Source: a virus. From it: 24,882 nt of DNA. Each line of letters starts with the position of its first letter. Within the stretch, counting starts at the first letter, position 1. The stretch lies in IMG/VR virus record IMGVR_UViG_3300045988_109074, positions 1 through 24,882 of that record, one strand, 5' to 3'. The notes beneath the pieces were generated by a model. That model was not told the origin of the DNA, made no database searches, and saw only the letters and a list, made by a program, of their open reading frames with translations. Positions 17,266 through 24,882 of this stretch are shown here, in pieces. The position numbers and the translations under genes were made by a program.

Positions 17266-17600
17266 CTAGGAACACCTGCCTTTGCTGGAGGCAATTCGTT
17301 CAATAAGTCTTGTGAAAGTCCGGCTCTTGCATAGCTTTCAGAAACTCCATTTTCTGACCAACTAGTTAGATTCTCATTTCCTGCTAATTTATATAATTCT
17401 ATGGCACATTTTGTTTGCCATTCTCTGGCTCTATCATTTGGTAAGTCTGTTATTTCTTTATCAAAAGGGTAAACTAAATTTAAATATCTTTGCTTTGCTC
17501 GTTTTAGCTTCAATTTAAATATATCGTCTTTTCCATCATCATTTTTATCTTCGAGTATTTCTAAACGCATTTCTTTTATTTGTTCTTGTTCCGAAATCCT
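17262..17600 (-). CDS. head-tail connector (gp6-like), putative AGG start (ORF track start 17570)
   Basis: AGGAGG-GCTAAATT-AGG ATT TCG GAA CAA; product MISEQEQIKEMRLEILEDKNDDG...RYLNLVYP. Confidence 0.65.
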   Translation of the reverse strand, partial: RISEQEQIKEMRLEILEDKNDDGKDDIFKLKLKRAKQRYLNLVYPFDKEITDLPNDRAREWQTKCAIELYKLAGNENLTSWSENGVSESYARAGLSQDLLNELPPAKAGVPS

Positions 17601-17603
17601 AAT

Positions 17604-17786
17604 TTAGCCCTCCTTTTTCACTATTTTCACAACCTTTACCAATTGAATCTTATTTTTCTTACCCGCTTCTTCTAATTCTCTTAATCTGTCAGAAGATATT
17701 TTGATTCTATCTCCTACATTCATATCTTTATTAAGTTTTATATCAGAATATGGGTTTATAACTTCTACTTCAATAACTCTTGCCAT
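17604..17786 (-). CDS. small hypothetical phage protein (60 aa)
   Basis: ATG with upstream AAGGTG; sits between glycosyltransferase and connector. Confidence 0.6.
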   Translation of the reverse strand: MARVIEVEVINPYSDIKLNKDMNVGDRIKISSDRLRELEEAGKKNKIQLVKVVKIVKKEG

Positions 17787-18676
17787 TGTTCTTTTACACC
17801 TTCTTGTTTATATTTAACGTTTTTTGGTATATTTTTATAAATTTGCTTTATTTTATCTTTACTAATATTCATATCAAATGGAAGTATATAACCATTTTCT
17901 CCATCTTTTATTTCTTGCTTTGCATTAGGAAAAGGTGTTACTAATACTGGAACTCCTAACAATAAACTTTCATACATTGTGTAACAAAAGCTTTCTGTAT
18001 CGCTTAATTGAACAACATAGTCATGATTTTTAATGACTTCTCCAATATTTTTTGTTATTGATTTTTGAATAATCATATTCTTGTATGATTGTTCATTATA
18101 AACGTTTGTGCCATATACATTCCATATATATGGAATATGCAATTCTTCTAATAAATCACATAGTATTTTCATTCTTTCAAAACCTTTTTCTTTTGTAAGT
18201 CTACATAAGCTTAATAGCTTCAAAGTTTTTTGAGAATTTACATAAGGTTTTATAAGAATATTAGGAATTATTATACTGTCATAACCATATTCTTTTTTTA
18301 GTGAATCTCTTGCACTTTCACTTACAGCTATAAATTGTGTATCTGGAGAATATTTTTTTATTTCCCAGTCCCAAAATCTTTTCATTTGAGACCAGTCTGA
18401 ATGAACCATTTGATATATTTTTTTATATTTTACTTTTTCTATCATTTGATTATCTATTAAAACACTTGTAATTATTAATGTATCACATTCTATATCTGTA
18501 GGTTCGCATACAACATCTGCATACTGACTTAATTTTAAAGCATTATCAATATCTATATTTCGGCAAAGTAGCGTTATATCATATTCTTTATAAAATGTTT
18601 TACAAAAGTTTATAATAAACGTTTCAATTCCACCTATTTTATTAAAAAAATGTTGACACAACACTACTTTTTTCAT
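17765..18676 (-). CDS. GT4-type glycosyltransferase
   Basis: IGGIETFI N-term, LLSLCRLTKEKGFERM, VVQLSDTESFCYTMYESLLLGVPVLVTPFP...I.DGENGYILPF: classic GT-B/GT4 motifs. Confidence 0.88.
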   Translation of the reverse strand: MKKVVLCQHFFNKIGGIETFIINFCKTFYKEYDITLLCRNIDIDNALKLSQYADVVCEPTDIECDTLIITSVLIDNQMIEKVKYKKIYQMVHSDWSQMKRFWDWEIKKYSPDTQFIAVSESARDSLKKEYGYDSIIIPNILIKPYVNSQKTLKLLSLCRLTKEKGFERMKILCDLLEELHIPYIWNVYGTNVYNEQSYKNMIIQKSITKNIGEVIKNHDYVVQLSDTESFCYTMYESLLLGVPVLVTPFPNAKQEIKDGENGYILPFDMNISKDKIKQIYKNIPKNVKYKQEGVKEQWQELLK

Positions 18677-18686
18677 ATTTTACCTC

Positions 18687-19688
18687 TTACGCACTTATAC
18701 TTCCATCATTAACTAAAACAACTTTTCTGCCTTGTGGTTTTGTGAATTTTGTTGCTAATCCAGTAATTTTTCCATGATATAATTCGTTAGCATAATCTAA
18801 ACCGAATTGTCCAAAGATTTGATATTTCTCTCCTGCACCTGTTTTAGCAAGTAATTCTCTAAAGAAGTTACCTTTGCCTGGTACTGGTTGTTCAATAGGT
18901 CTTATTACATCAAAGTTTACAAGTAATGCTGTTCCTGCTGGTAAGAATTGACCTAACATTAAGTCTACTTCTCCTAGAGGCATAATTAATTTTGTAATTT
19001 GGATTCCGTTTTCATTCCTTGTAGCTGGTGCTACTGTTAATCCATTTTCTACAGCACTTGCATTTAATTGATTTAGAGATACTCCATCAACCATTAAAGT
19101 TAATCTTGTTATATCTCCGTTACTATCGTAAATTTTTTGCATTAAATCATTTACTAGCCAAATGTCTAGTGGTTTTCCTGCAGCAGCTACTACGTTGGTT
19201 GTAATAGCTGCAACCATACCTCTTGTTTTATTTACTTTATCATCTGCATTTGCTTTATTGTATGTTCCTTGAATACAAGTTTTTTCAAGACTTCTTGCAA
19301 TTTTCTTTAATTTATTTGCAGTTTGGAAGTCTAACTCAGTTTTTGGATTTGCTTCTTGTCCTGCTATGTTTGCTCCTGACAAAGTACCCATGTTAGACAT
19401 TTTTGCATAAGATATTCCTATTGATTCATGGAATATTTGTGTTACGTTTGTATTTTGGTTTCTTGTAACCAATGTAGCGTCTGGTGCTGTTAAAGAACCT
19501 TTTTCACTTATATTTGGTATATCTCCCTCTTCTGATGTGTAGTCTTGTCCTAATACGAACTCAACTGAATTTGAATAAGCTGTTTTTCCAGCTATCATTG
19601 ATAAGAATGGTGTTCTTTCATTTCCTTTGTTAAATAATGCACCTGAATAGTTAGGTGTTGCAAAACTCATTGCGAAATTGTCTGCCCT
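18687..19688 (-). CDS. major capsid protein, putative AGG start (ORF track start 19670)
   Basis: AGGAG-AGATTTAA-AGG GCA GAC AAT TTC; product MADNFAMSFATPNYSGALFNKGNERTPFLS...; follows scaffold. Confidence 0.85.
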   Translation of the reverse strand, partial: RADNFAMSFATPNYSGALFNKGNERTPFLSMIAGKTAYSNSVEFVLGQDYTSEEGDIPNISEKGSLTAPDATLVTRNQNTNVTQIFHESIGISYAKMSNMGTLSGANIAGQEANPKTELDFQTANKLKKIARSLEKTCIQGTYNKANADDKVNKTRGMVAAITTNVVAAAGKPLDIWLVNDLMQKIYDSNGDITRLTLMVDGVSLNQLNASAVENGLTVAPATRNENGIQITKLIMPLGEVDLMLGQFLPAGTALLVNFDVIRPIEQPVPGKGNFFRELLAKTGAGEKYQIFGQFGLDYANELYHGKITGLATKFTKPQGRKVVLVNDGSISA

Positions 19689-19704
19689 TTAAATCTCTCC
19701 TTTT

Positions 19705-20334
19705 TTAATTTTCTTTTTTTATTTCTTCTTCTACAAGTCTTTGATAATAAACCATGTTGTTTATATCATTTTTCTTTGTAGCTTCTTCCAATAATTGTAT
19801 ATATTGGTCCTTTTTAGTTTTTGCACTAAAACTAGCATTTCCTGCTGGTGGTGGTGTAGTTCCATTTATAATGCTATCTTTCATTTTTGTTTCTATATCA
19901 CTTTTTTGTTTAGTTATTGTTTGACATATCTTTTCAGCTAAAGTTCTTGTTTTTTCTTCATCTGTTCCAACTATGTCCTCAATAAAGTCTGAATAATCTT
20001 CTTCTTTTAATCCAGCACTAGCAAATACTGTTTTTGCTGTTGCTGTACTTAATTTTTTTAGTGCTTCATTATATGCTTTTTCCTTTTCTTTAGCTTCTAA
20101 TGTTTTCTTTTCTTCTTCTGTCATTTTTGACTTTTTAAATTCGTCATATTCTGCTGTTATATCTTCAATAGCCTTATCTTTATTAGCAATTGCTTCCTTA
20201 TTAGCTTTTCTTTCATTTGCAACTACAGTTGCTGGTACGTACGAAGTATCAACCATTTTTTGAATAGCTTCTACTTTCGCATTATCATCTAATTCAGCAT
20301 TAGATAATAGTTTAACTAATTCCTCTTTCTCCAT
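19705..20334 (-). CDS. phage scaffold protein
   Basis: Start refined to MEKEELVKLLSNAELDDNAK; charged coiled coil, adjacent to capsid. Confidence 0.75.
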   Translation of the reverse strand: MEKEELVKLLSNAELDDNAKVEAIQKMVDTSYVPATVVANERKANKEAIANKDKAIEDITAEYDEFKKSKMTEEEKKTLEAKEKEKAYNEALKKLSTATAKTVFASAGLKEEDYSDFIEDIVGTDEEKTRTLAEKICQTITKQKSDIETKMKDSIINGTTPPPAGNASFSAKTKKDQYIQLLEEATKKNDINNMVYYQRLVEEEIKKEN

Positions 20335-21970
20335 CTTCTTTTCCTTTCTCTCCACCTACCTCATTTTTTGCCAAGTGAGTGCTTGTATTGGTGTGGTTAG
20401 TGATACCCTCACTAACTAAGGTTTTTGTTGACTTAGAATCTTTTTTCCAAAAGTCCTCGCCAAAATAATCTTTCCCTTTTTGGTAAACATCATTAGGGTC
20501 TGAAAACAGGTCGCAAGTTACAAATGCTACTTCTGGTGGCACTTGTGCTGACATCATATTCATTAATCCTTGTGTTTTTACCAATAAGTTGTCTGATTTA
20601 TTTCTTGTAAATTTAATATCAATATCACTTAATTTTAGTACTTTAATTTTTTCTTCTTTGTCTTTAGTTTTGTATTTACAAATACTTAAAATTAATTTCA
20701 AAAATTTTCTTTCTGACTTTTTAAATGAAAGTTCATCTTGTTTTGCTCTTTCATCTGCCATTGTCCAGCCTTCACCTAAAAGTCTAGCTTGTCCTGTATC
20801 TCCTCCACTTGCTTTATGATTAAGTCTTGGAATACCTACTATTGATAACAAGCTCTCGTATCTATCATCTGATACAACTTTTGTTTCTGTATGTGTTAAC
20901 TGATTTGTTAATAATTTTACATCTGCAGGTTTGCCTGGGTCAGATGAACTAACTTGTATAGCTCCATTTGCTACTAATTTCTTAAATGTTGCTAAATCTA
21001 TTTCTTGGTTTACAAATACCAATAAGCTTTGAATAAATTGGTCTATTCCATCTAAATCTGCCGATTTAATTTTATTTATTGCTTCTAAATCTGACATTAC
21101 AAGTTCTATTAAACCAAGTCTTGAATTATTTAGTGGGTATTCTATAATTCTTTGCCCTTTTATTTCTAAGGGGTATGAATCAACCATTTCTTCACTAATT
21201 GGAATGCTTTGAGGCATTATTTTGTATTCTCCATTATCTTCCTTAAATATGTATTTATTTGTATCGGTATAAACTGTTACAACTCTATATTTAACAACCA
21301 ACGGTATTTTATCATCGGTCATTATTTGGTCCACAAAATAGCTTATGTACCCTGAAAACAAAGGGTCTCCTTTTATGTCGTTTGAATACACTACAAATGT
21401 TCTTCTTGGGTCTGGAACTGACAATTCAAATGGTGCGTCATCTTCTTCCCCTTTTCTATCTGCTTCAACCCACCTGTAAGCAGTACCACAAATGTACTGC
21501 CACTCGGCAAGTTCTTTGTCTAAACTTGCTTTATCTTCACTTTCCATAAATCTGTTAAGTAAAGATATTTCTGGATTTAATGTTTCTCCTTCTTTTTCGC
21601 CTTTTTGAACATATTTGACTGGTTCTCCATACACATAAGATTTTTTAAATTCCACAATCTCAAAAGCATGGTTTTCCAATGTAATGTTATTTATCTCTGG
21701 TCTAACTATTTTCTTTTTGTCTAAAATTGGTTGTTTTCCTTTGTAATAATTGTATAAATAATCAATCTCGCCTGCATTAATCTCATGTTCTCTTAAAACT
21801 TCTGGTAGAATTTTAGATAAAGTCTTTTCGTTTAATTCTTCCTTGGTATATGAAGATAATAGTTTTCTTCTGCCAAAATATTGTACTGTTTTTGGTGTAT
21901 TTTCTACTTCAGTACTTTCAATTGGTTCTGACATTATTTCTTGTTCAACATTTTCTACCTCTGAGTTCCT
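20312..21970 (-). CDS. portal protein (SPP1 gp6-like), putative AGG start (ORF track start 22021)
   Basis: GGAGG-AGATAAA-AGG AAC TCA GAG; portal-like YLYNYYKGKQPIL, SYVYGEPVKY, GTAYRW; position after TerL. Confidence 0.88.
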   Translation of the reverse strand, partial: RNSEVENVEQEIMSEPIESTEVENTPKTVQYFGRRKLLSSYTKEELNEKTLSKILPEVLREHEINAGEIDYLYNYYKGKQPILDKKKIVRPEINNITLENHAFEIVEFKKSYVYGEPVKYVQKGEKEGETLNPEISLLNRFMESEDKASLDKELAEWQYICGTAYRWVEADRKGEEDDAPFELSVPDPRRTFVVYSNDIKGDPLFSGYISYFVDQIMTDDKIPLVVKYRVVTVYTDTNKYIFKEDNGEYKIMPQSIPISEEMVDSYPLEIKGQRIIEYPLNNSRLGLIELVMSDLEAINKIKSADLDGIDQFIQSLLVFVNQEIDLATFKKLVANGAIQVSSSDPGKPADVKLLTNQLTHTETKVVSDDRYESLLSIVGIPRLNHKASGGDTGQARLLGEGWTMADERAKQDELSFKKSERKFLKLILSICKYKTKDKEEKIKVLKLSDIDIKFTRNKSDNLLVKTQGLMNMMSAQVPPEVAFVTCDLFSDPNDVYQKGKDYFGEDFWKKDSKSTKTLVSEGITNHTNTSTHLAKNEVGGEKGKEDGERGIS

Positions 21971-22120
21971 TTTATCTCCTCCATAAACAGAATTAGGTTG
22001 CAAACGGATTGCTCCATGCAACCCATTCCTAAGGTTAATGGAGATGAATTAGTTTAGATACTTAATCCCTCCGCCTATTAATTTCTTGTATCTTACTCCC
22101 TGACTATAATAGTCCTCTTC

Positions 22121-22378
22121 TTAATACATTATATTACACTTTTTCTCTATCTTAACATTTTTCCGTTTTATGTAACCTTGTATATACTTTTTATTTAATT
22201 CCGGCATATCTTTTTGAAATTCATAAGAAAATTTATCACATTCACTTACATATATTGTTATTAAATTTAAACTATCTCTAACTCTCGTGATTTTTTTCAT
22301 GTATTCTTGCCTAAAATTTCCTGTTCTAAATTTATAACATTCTTCCCAATGCTCACATTTCCAACAAATATTCTTCCT
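22121..22378 (-). CDS. 85-aa Cys-cluster (zinc-binding-like) protein with putative AGG start; not in ORF track
   Basis: AGGAGG-GTGCA-AGG AAG AAT ATT TGT: (M)KNICWKCEHWEECYKFRTGNFRQEYMKKITRVRDSL...; CxxC and C motifs; no ATG/GTG/TTG at the 5' end of the frame. Confidence 0.6.
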   Translation of the reverse strand, partial: RKNICWKCEHWEECYKFRTGNFRQEYMKKITRVRDSLNLITIYVSECDKFSYEFQKDMPELNKKYIQGYIKRKNVKIEKKCNIMY

Positions 22379-22387
22379 TGCACCCTC

Positions 22388-22693
22388 CTATATATCTTTC
22401 ATAGTAAATATATGAGGATTATCTAATATAACTTCATATAAAGCTGTTGCTAATTGATTAACTATTCTTTCATCTTGCCTTAAATCGTGCAAATCTAATT
22501 TTTCAAATATTCCATGTACTAATTCATGTAAGAACGTTTGGTTTTGTTGTTTTTGATTAAATCTGTTCGAAATTTCAATTATTTCTTTGTCATAATCAAT
22601 TTTCCCATAACAATCATTAGGCAATTCAATTACTTGTTGTTTTTTTATTATTTCATACTCTTTATAACCTATTTTTATTTTCTTTGTTTTCAT
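22388..22693 (-). CDS. small metallopeptidase-like protein (HELVH motif)
   Basis: NQTFLHELVHGIFEKL zinc-metallopeptidase motif; TTAGGA SD before ATG. Confidence 0.65.
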   Translation of the reverse strand: MKTKKIKIGYKEYEIIKKQQVIELPNDCYGKIDYDKEIIEISNRFNQKQQNQTFLHELVHGIFEKLDLHDLRQDERIVNQLATALYEVILDNPHIFTMKDI

Positions 22694-22694
22694 T

Positions 22695-24455
22695 TTAAAT
22701 TCCTAACAAGCTCCTGTTTATTGCTCTTGGTTTGTTAGGTTTCCCCCTCTCTAATATAATTTCTGTTACAAATAATGTCCCACTATCTGGAGCGTCATCA
22801 TTTTTATTAGGGTAGTCAAAACTATATGTGGTTAAATTTTTCATAAAACGACCATAATCACTATTTGGTTTGTATTTTGTTTTAGGTTTAAAGTACATTA
22901 GTTTTCTTAAAGTTCCTTGATTGTCTTTTATTCTTTTTTCTTTCTTTACCGTACTGTACTTTTCTGTTATGGTGCAGTAATATATATCTCTATCTTCTAG
23001 CATTTTATCTAATAGCACTTTTAAAGAAGTATCTGTATTGTTTTCTATTACTAGCCAAGTAATATGATGTTCTTCTATTTTTGCAATAATTTCTTCGTAT
23101 AATTCAGTCATTGCTTTTTTCTTAAAGATAACATCTATCATAAAATAAATTCTTCCATCTGTTTTACATATTGGCATTGAAACATTATCTTTACCACGCC
23201 TAGTTGTATCTAATACTGCTAATGAATAATTGCTATATGCCGGTGTTCCATCTTCATTTACTGGCAAATCATCAAAATGATTTAATAAATCATCTGCAAA
23301 ATCAAGTCCTTCTGCTGGTATCGGATCTTGTTGATACACACAAGCCCATTGGAACTCATCTGTTACATCTCTCAACTGTCTTGCTTCTTCTGTTGTCATT
23401 ACAGCCTTACAAGTTGTTTCATCATTTTCGTCTAGTAATGGTACTCTTATTACTACTGTTGTTCCATCTTTGCTTTCCCATACATATTTAAACTTATCGC
23501 TTGGAACTAGTTCTGATATTGCTTCTCTATCTTGTATAATTCTATTTAAAATATCTTCCGGAGACCACATTGTACCTGCAAATATAAACTTTGTACTATC
23601 TCCGTCACGTCTGTTAATCCAGTTTCCTGTCCATTTATTATATAGCCCTTGATGTATTGTACTGTCTGTTGCCTCTTCTGCACCTTTGGTCATATCGTCA
23701 AATATCATTGCTTTGTTAGCTCTTTTACCTGTAACCTGCCCATCTCTTGATACTGCTATATGTGAGGCTGGTACCGTACTGTCTTTTAACTTCCAGTTAT
23801 ATACCTCTTTTGTGGCAAATGGATTATCTCCATACTGTCTATACTCTGGAAATACATCTCTGAATCGTTTATCTGTTATGATTTCTCTTACATTCCTACT
23901 GAAACCTGCTACTAAATCGTCTGAATAAGACATTCTTATTACTGAATAATCTCTGCTTATTCCATATAACCAAGCTGTCCAATATGTTAAAGTAACTGAT
24001 TTCCCTGCACTAGGTGGATAAGAAGCTATAATATACTTTAATTGGTCTGAAAAGGTAATTTTGTTTAGATAGAACAAGAAAGGCTTTAATATCCCTCTTC
24101 TTCCAGCCAAAACCTTCTTTGAATTGTTCATTTCCATATAGTCAAAGAAATGTTCTAAAGACCTTCTCCCAGCAAATGCAAGTGTTTTTTCATACAAACT
24201 ATAATATTGTGTTTGATACTTTAAACTACTCTTTATTATTTGGCTTTCTGTTGCTGGTAATAAGAATATAATCGCATATTTACAAGCATCTAACTCTATG
24301 TTTTTTCTGTCTGGGTTATTAACGCCACTGTCAAAGTATTGTAATAGCAACTGATACAAGCTTTCACACATTGTATAGTAAGAATATTCATCTATTTTTT
24401 TGTTTGATTTTAGGAGTCTTATTATTTCTTGTATAGTTTTCTCGTAATCTTGCCT
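22695..24455 (-). CDS. terminase large subunit, putative AGG start (ORF track start 24371)
   Basis: YPPSAGKSVTLTYWTAWLYG (Walker A), AMIFDD, and nuclease-type Asp residues; GGAGG-GAATAGA-AGG CAA GAT TAC GAG. Confidence 0.93.
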   Translation of the reverse strand, partial: RQDYEKTIQEIIRLLKSNKKIDEYSYYTMCESLYQLLLQYFDSGVNNPDRKNIELDACKYAIIFLLPATESQIIKSSLKYQTQYYSLYEKTLAFAGRRSLEHFFDYMEMNNSKKVLAGRRGILKPFLFYLNKITFSDQLKYIIASYPPSAGKSVTLTYWTAWLYGISRDYSVIRMSYSDDLVAGFSRNVREIITDKRFRDVFPEYRQYGDNPFATKEVYNWKLKDSTVPASHIAVSRDGQVTGKRANKAMIFDDMTKGAEEATDSTIHQGLYNKWTGNWINRRDGDSTKFIFAGTMWSPEDILNRIIQDREAISELVPSDKFKYVWESKDGTTVVIRVPLLDENDETTCKAVMTTEEARQLRDVTDEFQWACVYQQDPIPAEGLDFADDLLNHFDDLPVNEDGTPAYSNYSLAVLDTTRRGKDNVSMPICKTDGRIYFMIDVIFKKKAMTELYEEIIAKIEEHHITWLVIENNTDTSLKVLLDKMLEDRDIYYCTITEKYSTVKKEKRIKDNQGTLRKLMYFKPKTKYKPNSDYGRFMKNLTTYSFDYPNKNDDAPDSGTLFVTEIILERGKPNKPRAINRSLLGI

Positions 24456-24727
24456 TCTATTCCCTCCAACTTTTTCATACCTGCTTCTGTTCTTGGTAAA
24501 CCTATTAAATTTACTATGCTATATTTCGGCATATCTAAAGCTATTTCTAGCCTTCTTGCCATAAATGGAGATATTGTAAGTCTTCCGTTTACTATGTCTG
24601 ATATAGTATGTTTTCTCACAATTTCGTTATTATCTGTTAGCCCTAATTCATTTAGTTTGTCTACTAAGGCTTGTTGTGTCATATTCTTCTTAGTTAATAC
24701 TAATTTAAGGTATGTACCTATGTGCAA
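24422..24727 (-). CDS. HTH (XRE-like) protein, candidate small terminase subunit
   Basis: TTG start after GGGAGG; MTQQALVDKLNELGL...KHTISDIVNGRLTISPFMARRLEIALDMP HTH pattern; immediately upstream of and overlapping TerL. Confidence 0.6.
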   Translation of the reverse strand: MHIGTYLKLVLTKKNMTQQALVDKLNELGLTDNNEIVRKHTISDIVNGRLTISPFMARRLEIALDMPKYSIVNLIGLPRTEAGMKKLEGIEGKITRKLYKK

Positions 24728-24882
24728 TTTAAACCTCCCAAAAAGACTTTAATTCAATAAACACTATGCAATTATATACTGGTTTGGACAATTAGCTACT
24801 TTGTCCCTTGCAAATATTAATACCAACCTATATAACTAGCAATTTGCATTTAGTTATATAAATGACCTTATCGGCAATTCTT

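Noticed and set aside
19705-20355. AGG start for the scaffold gene.
   Set aside because: The AGG after the upstream GGTGGAG is out of frame. AAAGGA-AAAGAAG-ATG gives a conventional start.
22376-22390. TAG readthrough joining the HELVH metallopeptidase to the in-frame Cys-cluster region.
   Set aside because: TAG overlaps a strong AGGAGG SD followed by AGG. Re-initiation fits the pattern better, and TAG, TAA and TGA all serve as ordinary stops elsewhere.
24725-24727. AGG start for the HTH gene upstream of TerL.
   Set aside because: The nearby AGG (in CAT AGG TAC) is out of frame; TTG lies 6 nt after GGGAGG.
2254-24752. Plus-strand ORFs in the track (for example 3632-3931, 7163-7450, 15529-15852, 20589-20819, 23204-23491, 24429-24752).
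   Set aside because: Antisense shadows of well-supported minus-strand phage genes, with low-complexity Leu/Phe/Ser-rich translations.

Overview
AT-rich window holding the late half of a tailed (siphovirus-like) prophage or phage, almost all on the minus strand. Reading right to left: HTH/putative small terminase, TerL, HELVH metallopeptidase, Cys-cluster ORF, portal, scaffold, capsid, a GT4-type glycosyltransferase, connector/head-tail genes, major tail protein, tail assembly chaperone, tape measure, tail/receptor-binding proteins, holin, C39-type SH3 endolysin and a BNR-like protein. At the left are a MazF/PemK-like toxin module, a divergent HTH repressor with TTCGACAAA repeats, and a tRNA-Gly. 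The most unusual signal is at gene starts. At least 12 late genes (TerL, portal, capsid, connector, major tail, tape measure, tail and fibre genes among them) have no properly placed ATG/GTG/TTG. Each instead has an in-frame AGG 5-9 nt after a Shine-Dalgarno-like sequence, followed by a plausible protein N-terminus. Neighbouring genes use normal ATG or TTG starts, internal Met codons are ATG, and internal AGG sits at Arg/Lys-like positions. This suggests initiation-specific use of AGG. Separately, two broken reading frames (tail chaperone extension and DUF859-like fibre) both rejoin by a +1 shift at a CGG codon, and CGG otherwise appears absent in frame. Everything was read by eye; no database searches or alignments were run.
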